Below the pieces are notes generated by a model. It was not told the origin of the DNA and made no database searches. It worked only from the letters and a program-made list of their open reading frames with translations. 64,000 bases of DNA. It comes from Vicugna vicugna. Lineage: Eukaryota. Shown here one piece after another: positions 1-11,900 of this stretch. The translations under genes and the position numbers were made by a program. The stretch covers positions 2,420,001 through 2,484,000 of the forward strand of contig MU061326.1 of the NCBI GenBank assembly GCA_013265495.1, in the 5' to 3' direction. Positions within the stretch are counted from its first letter, which is position 1. Each line of letters opens with the position of its first letter.

Positions 1-1607
1 CTTAGGGATACCTGATGCCTGTCATCAAGGCAGCTTTTAAAGAAGGCTGAAAAAGAATGTTCAAGATAGTGAGTTATGGTGAATTGTTTAGAGTAGCTTT
101 AAAAATATTGACCATCCAGGAAACCTATACCTCTTCTCCTCCTCCACGTGTCTTCCTCTCCATCCCTCTTTCAGTTTCTGTCTTCCTCTCCTTTTCTTTC
201 CGTATTTCCATCTATCACCGCCCAGTCTTCACTGGAAGATGTACTCCGTTTGTAAGTAAATTTAGCTGTTTCACAATTTCCAAATACACTTTAGAAAATG
301 TCTTTCGTGTATCGTCATGAAGAGATGCCCTTTAAAAATACTTTGTTGCCTTGCACAATATCCCCATCTTTAGCAAATGACAGTGTACCTTCCCTGCCTC
401 TGCTGAATTTTCTCATCTCCCTTTGCCCACTCAGTCATCCCCACCACACAGCTCTTCCCGGATCCTCCCAAGACACAAAAGGACAGATTCCCAGCTCCTG
501 ACAATAACACCAGTGATTTGCAAAGCTTTCATGCTCCCTGGGAATGCAGGGCTTCGGGAAGATGCTTTGGGTGATACTCCCATTCGACACCCCATGAAGC
601 TGAGCCCAAGGGAGTTCCTACAGGATGGATGGACAGGTCCGAGCTTGGCTTAGAGCCAGCACAGACACCAGGAAAAGGGACAAAGCTTTGGCCTTTCTAA
701 AAAGCTGAATGGGCTCCTGGTAAGCCAGGGAAAGCTCTGCAACTTGTGGGCCCTGATTATGAATAAGAGCTCCTAAATGCGGATGCGCCCTGTGCGCCAA
801 GCAGTGGCCAGCATCCCGTGCATCCCGGGGTTTCACACTGCAAGCTTCCTTGGAAAGGGAAAACAGTAATATCAGCGTAAGAAAGAAGTTGGAGGCAGCT
901 CCCGGCATCCTTCTGTTTGTTTCCCCATCATCATCAGGGTCAAGGCCAAATTCTCATCACCCCCCCAACCCAGATCCTCACCGCACTGAATCACTGGCAC
1001 CTGTCCTCACCTCCCACCTCTGCATCTTTGCACATGCCTTTCCCAACATCTGGAATGTTCTATCAATGCCTATTCATCCTACAAGACAAAACAGCAGTCC
1101 CTCCTTTTCAAGCAGAGACGGCGTCTCCAGGTGAACCTTGGTCCTCCTTCTCCGTGAGCTGCGCTTTGTTCCTGGCTCTGTGACGTCCACTACCCTGGTG
1201 TATGGGACTCATGTGACTGCCTCCCTCATCAACCCAGCCAGGCCACGCAGTCATTAAGTCCAGGAATGTGTCTTTTTACCTAGTAGGCAAGTGTCCAATA
1301 AATATTTATGGAAAGAATAGACAAACAAGTGCATAAGCAGATGTTCCCTGGGGGCAGAGGGAAGTCCTCCTCCTTCCTTCTCGCACACAGCTCTCCCATT
1401 TCCGTGTCACACAGTGGGTGTCCCGTTGTGGTCCTGTCCGGGCCAGGGGTATCCAGCTGGACCTGCCCTGAGCAAGTCTGGGGTGTCATGACTTCCTTGG
1501 CATCAAATTTGCTATTGACACATCGGGCTGTGGTGGCCGGTTTGCTCCATTTCCAAGGGCAAGAGATGGCAAGACTGATTCATGTCTTTTTAAGGGGGAG
1601 CTTCCGA

Positions 1608-1750
1608 GGGGAGGGTATAGCTCAGTGGCAGAGCACATGCTTAGCATGCGTGAGGTCCTGGGTTCAATCCCCAGTATTTCCACTAAAATTAACTAATTAA
1701 TTAAATTAATTAAATTACCTCCCCCTGCCAAAAAATAAAATAAAATAAAC
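1608..1750 (+). mobile_element. tRNA-Ala-derived SINE (camelid Vic-1 type), full length
   Basis: Head GGGGAGGGTATAGCTCAGTGGCAGAG (A box) and GGTTCAATCCC (B box); tail AATTACCTCCCC plus A-rich end; imperfect TSD gggagcttccga 1596-1607 / ggaagcttctga 1751-1762. Confidence 0.93.
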
Positions 1751-2149
1751 GGAAGCTTCTGAAAGTCAAGGCTTTGACCAGTGTGATTATATCCCTAGAT
1801 CACAGATTCAGCTGTATTTTCCCCACTGGCATGGGTGAAGTCCAACGGAGCCCCCAATGGAGAAGAGAAACACGTCCTTCCTATGTTAAATACTACAGAA
1901 AAAACTTACAGATGGGGACCCCCACCCCCAGTTCTTAGTCTCATGGGGAAACTGACTCCGGAGAATTTCAGAGAAAATTTTACCAAAAAGATACTACGTG
2001 TCTCCCAGAAACACTGGCCAAACAGAAGAAGAGCCTTCAAAAACTGGACCCTGAGAAAAGACAGTGGGGCACTGGGACCAGATCAGGCCACCGGGCTGCT
2101 GTGGATGCCTCTGCACACCGACACTGTCCTCAGCCCTGAGGACTGACCC

Positions 2150-2490
2150 CACATGTGGTCTCCGCTCCTGGAAAGTGGAAGTGACCACGACCGCCAGAAC
2201 AACTTCCGCCCTGTTGTTCCCTCATCGTGTCAGATGCAAAATACTAGGGGTGTGACCACTTTGCCCACCCGCATCCTAACTGCAAGGTCGAGTGAGAAAA
2301 GGCATGCTGGCTTTGCAGCTTCTGTAGCGGAAGGTGGATTCTGCTTCGTAAAACAGGGAATCTCTCACACGGAGGAGGGAGTGCAAAAGTGATGATAAAT
2401 AACCACAGAGGAGGGAGCGCAAAAGTGATGACAAATAACCACTCCACGCCCCAAGCCTGTCCTCACATGGGAGTGAGTTCGTGGAGGAAG
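2150..2490. promoter_or_regulatory. Putative promoter/enhancer with clustered ETS cores
   Basis: GGAAGTGA, ACTTCCGCCC, GCGGAAGG, GGAAGCAGG in ~340 bp with retained CpGs; donor-like GGA|GTGAGT at 2472/2473. Confidence 0.35.
2368..2442. repeat. 36-bp tandem duplication (2 copies)
   Basis: cacggaggagggagtgcaaaagtgatgataaataac (2368-2403) / cacagaggagggagcgcaaaagtgatgacaaataac (2404-2439); 3 mismatches. Confidence 0.95.
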
Positions 2491-3035
2491 CAGGATTATT
2501 TCCTGTTTACATTTTCTAATGTCACCTCACATCATAAAAATCAAAAAGGCAAGCCACTAAAAAATCTAAAGCGATTTGACTCTGAGCGTGCCTTTCTATG
2601 AAGCACAAGGGTGGGACAGACTTCATGTTGTCTACTAAACCCTTATCGAAGAATGCAGATTAAATGTTTACACGAAAAAATTAGGAAAGAAGTTGTTCAG
2701 TGCCATTTGAGTGGAACAACTTAGTGCAACAAGCCATCTTCCTGGAGGGGGGTGGCCAGGGAAGGCATTGCACGAGGAAGTAATAACACTAAGCTGGAAG
2801 TCTAGGTTCATCCCCCTCTTGTTTTAAATGTATTCTCCTTATTTTGTGACTTTCAGGTCTTTGTTAGTGTCAGCCACCACGCTTGGAGTGTCCTGCCCTG
2901 ACATCTCTGCTTATCTGAACTCTAATAGATTTTTTTTTAAAGCTTGACTCCAGAAAAAAAAAGTGCACATGTGTGTTTGTGCATGTGTTAGAAAACAGAC
3001 ATAGGAAGAGTTTTACACAAAATGAAAGTGTCTCA

Positions 3036-3182
3036 GAGGGGAGGGCGTAGCTCAGTGGTAGAGGGCGTGCTTAGCATGTTTGAGGTCCTGGGTTCAATCC
3101 CCAGTACCTCCATTAAAAAAAATAAGTAAATAAATAAACTTACTTATCTCTTCCCCTGACCAAAAAAAAAATTGAAAAAATA
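3036..3182 (+). mobile_element. tRNA-Ala-derived SINE (Vic-1 type)
   Basis: A and B boxes, A-rich tail; TSD aaagtgtctca 3025-3035 / aaggtgtctca 3183-3193. Confidence 0.93.
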
Positions 3183-6100
3183 AAGGTGTCTCAATTGCAA
3201 GGGGAAACTTCTGGGTTTTTTGTTTATATTTGCAAGCAGGTGATAGCAAACCTGAGCTACTTTGATCAGTTACCCAAATTATTATTCCACATCGCCCATG
3301 ACTTAACTGTGTCTTTTAAACTGGATTTCCTCACATTCATGATGCCATATTCATCGTCTTCTCTGCCTTGCAACTTCCTGTTAACTGAAGCACCTCTCGT
3401 CTTAAAACACTTTGATGAGCTTTGACTTAACTCTGCCCACGAGTCCCCTGGGACCGGTGAGCGATCACGTTCCGCTTTCTTCATGACACCTCCTGTCTTT
3501 CCCCGCGCCTTCCCCTCTCCATTGCACATTCATAGTCCACACTTGGCAGCTCACACTGGTTTCTAGTGGCATCCTTGACCCCAGCCTGCCTTTTCTTGTA
3601 CACACTCCACAGGGTTTCACAGGTTAAGCTTCCCTAAATATTTATTTCAAAGCCTTGCTCTTCTGCTCAAGGAACCTGCTGGCTTGTTATTCCCTGCTGA
3701 ATTAGGCTGAATTCCTTTGCCATGCTTCCAGACATTCTCTATTGCGAAATCAGGCTCTTCAATGTCGTGTCATGGGACTCTTCAAATGTCAATTCTGATG
3801 AGTTCTGCTGATCTCATCTTGCTTTTGTCTGATTTTCCTTTTAAAGTTGAGAGTACTTAAAACCAGAAATCCAGCCTGGATCTCATTTCTCCTTAACCAG
3901 GTCATTCTCCAAGCCTTTCTTCACAGCCCACCTCCTCCTCTTGGAATACGTTCCCATCTCTGGGTATTTGGAAGCACACCCATCCCAGAAGACCCTGCAT
4001 CAGGACCTACCCATTGATAACCCCCCTTTTTAAATGACTATATCGTTGATAAGTTATACTGTACAATTTAACATTTAAATAGTGGTCAATTTTAACAGTT
4101 GGAACATTGATTCAAATGTGTAAGACTTGGCTCCTGACCTGAAGTTTTTGCTCCTTGAGTTTAGAGATCATGCATTCTATCTGACTAACACTTCCAATGC
4201 TCCATAAAGCCCTGGCTGAGAACATTACAGATGATCAATAAATATTTATTGATTAACGGTAGACCCTATATACAGCTCAGTTCTTCTCGTGGGTGCCTTA
4301 GTTCTAAGACACTGAATCAGTTCACTTTTTGAGTGATCATATCAAGACTGCAGGGTTCTTAAATACATTCTGGTACATCACTGGCTTTTGCGTTTCACAT
4401 TTTAAAAAGACACCTTTCAGATCAGAGAAAGGGACAGCCTTCTGATCTCAGCAACCTCAAGCTCTAGGTCCGACGATTCAAAGAGTGTTCATTCCTGGCT
4501 CTCTGACAATTCCATCAACTTGGCAATTACTCAAAATATCTTTAGTCATGAACTCATTCCTGATACACAGGCAGTCACATCACAGAATGTTTAAAGTACC
4601 CAGATGCCCCTCAGCATTCCAAATGTCTGTTCTGGAATGTTTCTCAGAGACTCCATCTTATAAATGCTCTAGCCCTTTCGCTGAAGCAGAGCTGTCAACA
4701 AACACAGACGTGATCGAGCCAGCCAAACTTCATGCCACTGATGTCACTCACGCGCTTCACTTGGTCCTCCTCTCTTGGAAACTGTCTGTCTCAGAAAATG
4801 CACATCTTTCCTCCACTGCTCTTTTTGTATCCCCTGGAAAAATGAGATGGTTTTCCCTGACTCAGTGTAACACTACTGACCTCAGAGAAGAAAACCAGGG
4901 AGAGAAGTGAATAATTGTGAGTTACCGCAGAGTGCAGAGTTGTGGCCCAGGTTTACCTCTTTCTCTCCCAGACCACAGAACGGCTGGGATGATAACAAAT
5001 GAAAGTGAATAAGTGATCGATCGTGGGCACTTGTAGGGGACCCTTTCCTTGCCAAAGTGAATTTCCATGCTTTTTTCATAGAATTACATTCTGTGGGGGA
5101 AAAAATCTGCATAGAACCTCAAAATCAAATTTAATGCAGGTATTTATTTCTCTGGGATTTTAAAAGTTGGTTCAAGGCTAAGATGTTTATTTTTCTCTTA
5201 GTTTTCTACCATTGGGGGGGTTATCGTCTTAATCAATCTTTAACTAACTGTAACAAAGTTAGGCACCGCTAATTTCTTAGTGGCAACTATTGAAATTGCT
5301 TGAATAGTGTCTAGGAAAAAGGATCCAACTGGTCCTGTTTCTTAGCAATTCTATGATAGTTACTGAAAGAAAAAAAAATACATGATTTTACACTTCACCA
5401 ATCACAGTATATTAAATATACAGAGAGATCATTGTTCTCTAGGGCTCAGTACTGTGAAACCTATAGTGCTAATCCAGTAGTCCTAGGGATGGCCACACAG
5501 TGGAAGAAGGGGAGAGGCATGATGGCAGAATTATTGAACTGTTGGATGAGGTACGAAGAAGGGGCCACTTAAAGGAGGAGATGGAATGTGGCCAAAGGGA
5601 ATCTTTCGCCAATGAGGATTTTGAGTCATCCATAGGGAAAAGGGACCAGACATTCCTGATGTGAGCCCAGATCTATCCCTTCTTGAGATGGACCATGAGA
5701 GCCAGAGATATTCAAGGGGACAATGAATCAGTCTTTACAAGCAGCATCAGAACGGGTTCCCAACTGGCTCTGGGATAGGCTAAGTGGTCACCAGTTAATC
5801 CTCAATCAAATTCTTGTTCAGAGGGAAGGATTTTGCAAAGTTGTGAGTAGCTGACCAAAATCTCTTGTTAGCATGCTAAGTAGCCTTTACAAATGCTACC
5901 TTTACTTCAAAACTCTAGGAGAAAGAGCTGTAAGTTCTCCAGGTAATCTTCTCCACCGGAAAAAAAAAAAAAAAGCCCAATTTTAGGAAAGCAGCACAGA
6001 AAACCAAGGAGAGTCATTTAGCCAAGATCTAGCGGAGCCAGAAAAGAGAAAACAAATTCGTCGGTGTCTCAGTGATGCATCCATTCTCCTCGCATATTAG

Positions 6101-6913
6101 AGCAATGGGGATCTCACTTCCTACATTTCCATGAGATTTCAGCAAAGTGCAGCCAGTGCTGCTTCTGCAGGAAGGTCCTGTTCCATTCGATTATCAGGTA
6201 AATAAGAGACTCCTAGAGCCGCGCTGACCACAGGAATAGAAGGACAAAGACTCTTCCACATGCTTTGCACACACTGTGAAATTTAATCACGAGCCCTCAG
6301 ATTTGGTCTTTTGTAAACAGACAGGAAAACCAAGGCAAGACAGTTCTTGATCGAGATAATTCAATGCAGCCACATTACAATATCTATATTGCAATACAAA
6401 AACCTTGTATTTCTTTAACACTGGTGTATTTACATTAACAAGTAGTGTAAAACAGGCATCTCAAATCTCCAAGCCCTGTGGTGCATGGCCCTGGATAATA
6501 CAAATGAGATAACATTTTAATGACTCGGGTTTTTTTTTTTTTTCTTTTTTTTTTAGGCTTGGCCATAGATCCGAGGAACTGGGGTCAGAGAAGTCAAAGA
6601 GTTCAAGTGAGGTCACATGATTCTGAGCAGCAGTCTTGGATGCCACATCCAACTTCACTCACCGCCATATTGTTTTTTAGGGCAGCTCCGTACATAGTGA
6701 TGTGATGCAATGATGACCAATGAGGAATCCCTTGGCATTGCTGGGTGCACCCCTGAGGCTAGGCTTCTTTTCCACATGGTGAGATGGTTACCAGAGGTCC
6801 CAGAGCCAGTCAGTGCTCACTGGTGTGTGTGTGTGCACCCTACACGTGTTGGAGGTCAAGGTATATTCCTTGGGTCCACCCGAGAGGAATGCCATGCTCG
6901 CTCTTCGTATTCC

Positions 6914-7024
6914 ATTGGTGACAACAGAATTTACTGTCCAAACCAGCACACTTTTGAAAGTGCCAGAAGAACAGATGTGAACACAGAACCATCTCCAGGT
7001 ATACGAGAGTATACAGTCACCATT
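6914..7024. mobile_element. MER81-like hAT-Blackjack MITE
   Basis: ggtgacaacagaatttactgtccaaaccagcacacttttgaaagtg resembles the MER81 start; ends in gtcacc (inverted terminus). Confidence 0.65.
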
Positions 7025-7129
7025 GTCACTGGCTTCTGTCTGTCCTCATGCTGTATTCTTCAGAGCTTTCCTTGGCTATAAGCACAGAAAAACTACTTGC
7101 CAGCACAATAGTAATCTCTGATTATCCAG

Positions 7130-7480
7130 CTTTATTTTTTCTTAAAAGAAGGATTGCTCCTTTTTCATCTCCGGGTAATTTCTGTTAAAATATCCTGTTT
7201 CTATAGTAATTATTCATATTTTTCCCTGAGTTACAGAGATGTTGTTAGTATATCAGTTTGTCAGAGATCTGAGCATTGTGGTTCTCCATCCTTTTTTTAA
7301 TTTCAAATGATCTTTTATATTTGGGGGAAATCTGTGTTGTTGAAAAAAATTCATTTTGTATCTGCTTTCAGTATGCAGGCAGTTTCTCAGATTCTCAGCT
7401 TGATTCAATTCCTGTAGTTCAATTTTCTTAAAAGATTGTCATTCTCCTCCCGTTCTAATACCATCCACAGATCCTGGGTT
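7130..7480 (-). mobile_element. Very old L1 ORF1/HAL1-like remnant
   Basis: Minus strand is A-rich with ORF1-like stretches (aacatct..., cagaaattacccggagatgaaaaagg); weak similarity only. Confidence 0.3.
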
Positions 7481-7599
7481 TCACTTTGGACATCATGGCA
7501 TAGCAATATGGTAAACATGGAAATAAAGTGCGGAGAAAAATCACCATAAGAGATAGCAGTGATCATGGGATGGACACGAAAGAGCAATGGTCCTAGGGG

Positions 7600-8393
7600 A
7601 GTGGACACAGTTGGTTACCTCCCAGCACCCCCACCCTCCACCCCCATCCTTCTAATCCCACGCCTATTTCAATTTCAATAAATTAAAATTAGGACCGCAC
7701 AGTGGAATGGTTAAATGTATTAAAATGGATACTTTAAAATAAAATGGGAAATTCAGTTCCCCACTTGTATTAGCCACATTTCAAGTTCTCAGTAGCCACA
7801 TTTCGCTACCTCATTGGACTGCGTTCATAAAGAACATTTCCTTCATCACTGAAGTTCTGCTGGTCAGCTCTGTTCTAACTGAACCCTGATTTGCTTCAAT
7901 AGCTCCGCTCCCCTTTGCTGCCCACATTATTCAGTGGATGTGGACCCCAAGTGATTCCTAATTCGTCTTAGCCAAGGATAAATAATTCTATTCCTTCTTG
8001 CCAGGGACTGGTTGAAAAACTCAGGCTAAGGCAACCAGGGCATGGTTTATAGCTGTTTGTCTTGAGGTGGTTAAGAACCCTTGTTAGCCCAGTCATACTA
8101 AAGAAAAATATTTATTACTTTTGATTGGGGAAATATTTTCTCTTCCTCCTGATGGCTAGGGATGGGAAAGGATGTGGTCCCTGATCTTGCTGGCAACCAA
8201 CTGGGTTGGGACCAGGGAAGCTAGCCTGAGTACAAAGCTGACAAGCAGAGGAAGGCAGAGCAAGAGCGAGGCAGGATCCCTGATTGTACCAGGCTAGGAG
8301 TCAGCCCCTCTTCTGTGAGACGCTAAATGTTTTTGTGAAGTCCATTTGAAATCAGGTCTTTCTTACTTGCAGCTCGAAGTCCTTTGATTAATC
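7600..8393 (+). mobile_element. MLT1K/L-class MaLR LTR, interrupted by MER3
   Basis: MLT1-like segments ccttcttgccagggactggtt, aaagctgacaagcagaggaaggcagagc, and 3' end tcaggtctttcttacttgcagctcgaag. Confidence 0.65.
7665..7872. mobile_element. MER3/MER33-like hAT-Charlie MITE nested in the MLT1
   Basis: aaattcagttccccacttgtattagccacatttcaagttctcagtagccacat...gaacatttccttcatcactgaagttct. Confidence 0.8.
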
Positions 8394-9029
8394 TGGATTC
8401 TTATCCTGTCTCCAACATAATCTCACCATACGACATCGAGTGCCCCCTGCCACCTCTCTGGGCATTGATGTCTTAACGTATGAAACAGCAGAGAGAAAGA
8501 TCTGCAAAATTCTTTAATAGGATCATTAAAACCTCAAAGAACTGCTCAAAGTAAGAATCAGCAATGAGAAACTGGCAGCTAAATTGCTCAACAGAAGTCT
8601 TTAGTGGTCCTGATGGAGGAGAGTCCTGGACAGAGTCACGACCAACCCATGCCACCAACATGGAGCTCTGGGACCTTGGAAGAGAGGTGCGCTCTCATTT
8701 GCCCACACATGCTGAATCCCTCGTGCTTCAGGGAGTGTTTATTTAAATGCTGGTGATTCAGAATCTCCTGTTGTCTCTCTGAGATATTCATGACATTGGA
8801 GTATCTCAGTGGAATGGTCTGAATATGCCCCATCCAATGTCCTCCCTCCCTTTCTGTGTTACCACATCAACTATATATTCTCAACTGATTTATAAAAACT
8901 TAATACTCTTAATTTTCCCCTCCAAGATGTAAAGCTGATTGTAACCTGGCTGTTCTAAGACTCATTCTGTCTCTGCCTTCCCAGCCTACTCCCCGTGTGT
9001 TCATCCGCTGGTCCTCATATCCCAACCGA

Positions 9030-9970
9030 TGGTCCATTTGGTCATCAGAGCCAAGTACCTGGACATCATGCTTGAACCCTCTATCCTGCCCATCCCCACA
9101 TTCAATGGGTGATTCACATTTTCACCTTTACTTTCTAACTATCTCTTGAACCCATTTTCTCCCTCCAGCCTCTGTGTGGTTTTAGTTTATCTGGATTACT
9201 ACATCACCTCTTAAAAGATCTGACTGTCAGACACATAGATCCCCCACACTAGAACACAGCTTCTAAAACCTATATCAGATTGTATTATTCCTCAGCTAAG
9301 ACTCTTTAACTCCTTGTTACCGTCATGGGTCATTCTAGACCTTTGGCCTCACCCCATAAGCCCCTTTCACCTCACCCCTCCCACATCTCCAGCCTTCTTT
9401 CCCACCTTCCTGGTCACTTGTAATGATAAAAGTGTGTGTGATCTTTCATCATCATAATTCCCTAGGTGCTATTCACTCTGTCTGGAGTCCCTTTCCTTTC
9501 TTGTCCATCCACTGGAGCTTCCCGTCTGTCCACTGAGCCAGGCTTCAGCGCTGCCTTCACCTTGGCAAACTGGCCACACATTCACATTGATCCCATTTTG
9601 CTTCTGGTGTATGCTTGTCAATCTCTCCAATAGGACAAGAATTCCACGGAGCCAGAGGCCATCTTTGGCAGTCCCACACCTGACTCCCTCACTTAACACT
9701 GCCACCAGCCCCCCATCCTTCCTTTCCTTGTCTGATAATACTTAGCACCTTCTCACATCCCATATAATTTTATTACGTCTTATGTTTAGTGTTTCTGGTT
9801 TGTCTCCTTTACAAGAACAGGGATTTTTGTTTACTTTTTTCACTAATATATCCCAAGTGCCTAGAACAGTGTCTGGCAACTAGCAAGTGCTTGGTGAACA
9901 TCTGTTGAGTAAAAGCTCATCTTTGTATCTTTGGAACGTGTATATTTCCTGGAAAATACCAAGTTCTCAA
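9030..9970. mobile_element. L2 fragments (degenerate)
   Basis: Typical L2 3' motifs: ctggattactacatcacctctta, cccaagtgcctagaacagtgtctggca...tctgttgagt. Confidence 0.6.
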
Positions 9971-10019
9971 ATAAATAGTTGATGTTATTACCCAATTTTT
10001 ATACCATTCATCAGAATAA

Positions 10020-10245
10020 TAGGTATTATTTACTGAGCTCTTTTTGCCATGGGTTAAATGATTGACACATAGCATCTCATTAAATGGTCACAACAACTCT
10101 TATGAGGTAGATTACAAACTTTATTTACAAGAAATCTGAGGCTTTGGGAAATGAAGCAACGTGTCCAAGGTAAATAAACAACAAAGCCAAGATTCAAATA
10201 TGAAGTGTGACGCCAATGCCCACAATCTCAACAAGTATATTGCTC
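10020..10245 (-). mobile_element. MIR SINE
   Basis: atttactgagc...tctcattaaatggtcacaacaactcttatgaggtag...gaaatctgaggct...gtccaaggt. Confidence 0.7.
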
Positions 10246-10688
10246 CCCAGCAAATAATCAATCACACGTTTATTTTTCTTGTCATTCTATACACTTTGAA
10301 TCTGGTATATTTTTAACTTCAAATAGAAGGCAATTGGAGCAGCTGACCTCTGGGTTTAAAAGACAATAACAGGGCAATTTTTGTTGAAATCGTGTTGTTA
10401 GACATATTTTGGAGTTAAATATTTTAGATGAAAGTGACAACAATGCTTGTGGACAGCATGCTAATTTCTCTGGATGGGGTAAAGCCCTCAGGCATGCATT
10501 TCCCCCACAGGTTCAACACTGTCCTGAGAATGATGTCCACAGACGTTGAGTGACTAATCTCACCTTGTTCTTTGGAGGAGCACGTTGAGAAGGACAGATG
10601 GGAGACACCTCTTTCGTTCCATTGAACTTCTCTAGCCTCACCCTGACACGGAAGCAGTTGGCAGACTCACCAAACTCCACACCCCTCT

Positions 10689-10720
10689 ACACACACACAC
10701 ACACACACACAAGCACACAC
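10689..10720. repeat. (CA)n microsatellite
   Basis: acacacacacacacacacacacaagcacacac. Confidence 0.95.
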
Positions 10721-11019
10721 AAGGCAGAATCACTCACTTATGAGGGCTTCAGATTCTCCCCAGGAAATCCTGCAGGAGCAAATTACACCTGCCAGCATTA
10801 TTTATTATATTATATTTTATTTTTCGGTAGCATGGCCATCACCTTAATGCAATAATTTGCATTCTTCTTGGTTCCGTTGTGTCATTGCAGAGGGTGGATT
10901 ACCAAACCGAGAGTAATGAATGTAGTTATATATCTTGCAATTCTAATCATCCTTCATTTCACGGAATGTTTTCAAAAATACAATTTGGACTGTACCTCTT
11001 TTATAGAAATAAAACACTT

Positions 11020-11068
11020 TATATATATCTATATCTATATATATATAGATATAGATATATATATATAT
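11020..11068. repeat. AT-rich microsatellite containing a perfect 44-bp palindrome
   Basis: 11020-11063 equals its own reverse complement. Confidence 0.9.
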
Positions 11069-11074
11069 TTTAAT

Positions 11075-11900
11075 GAATGCATAATATTTTCTCTTAACCC
11101 ATCATGAGGGTTTTGTCGATCTTAGTCAATGTCCTTCAAAATTCCGTCTTTGAAGGGCGCTCTGTGCATGATCTGAAGGAGTCACCATTTATTTAACACT
11201 TCTCGGTAGGCAAGACTTTGAAGTTGTTCCAATTTCTTCTATTATAAACAATTTTTCAATGAACATCTTTGCATACAAGATTTTCCTGTGTTATGTCTTA
11301 GAAGAGATTTCCAGAAAGCAAATGAGCTCTCAGAGTAATTTTTTAAGACATATATTACATATTGCCAAAATGCTTTCCATAACATTTATGCTAATTTAAA
11401 TTCCCACCAACTGGTATGACAATGATCCCTGCAAGACCCTGTTGCTAGCAATGAATAGCATCATTTGAAAAACAGTTCCAGGTAATTACAGGGGAGGAAT
11501 CTCATTGAAGTTTTATTTGCACTTTTGTCATTAATGACGGGCTTGAAGTTGTTGCCTGTTGGTAAAACATTTGTGTTCTTTGTTTGGTGTGTCGTTTGTT
11601 CCTGTATTTTATTCAAGTTTAGTAGAATGCGTACAAACATGTTATTTATTAAAGATATCTTTGTGTAACTGTAACATCAGCTTTTGCTGTATTTGCTGCC
11701 AATATTTTTTCTCAGTTTACATTTAATGTTTAGTTGAATTTATGGGTATTTTTGTCGTAAAAAAATTTTAAGTTCATGTAGTTAAACATATTGATTTTCT
11801 GCTTTTTTTTTTTTTTGGTGTTTCTTTAAAGCATGTAAATCCCTTCCCCTTTCCAAGATCAGTATTTGGATTTTCAAGAACACTGAGGAGTAATATAATC
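11075..11900 (-). mobile_element. Old L1 (L1ME-class) 3' region
   Basis: gttgttccaatttcttctattataaacaat...tgaacatctttg, attgccaaaatgctttccataa...ttcccaccaac, atctcattgaagttttatttgcactt. Confidence 0.7.

Noticed and set aside
1608..1682. SINE heads as real tRNA-Ala genes
   Set aside because: All have A-rich tails, most have TSDs, the acceptor stems are broken and copies are mutually diverged; they are SINEs.
8480..8556. ATG...AAA|gtaaga possible coding first exon (MKQQRERSAKFFNRIIKTSKNCSK)
   Set aside because: No promoter context, no recognisable protein, no partner exon.
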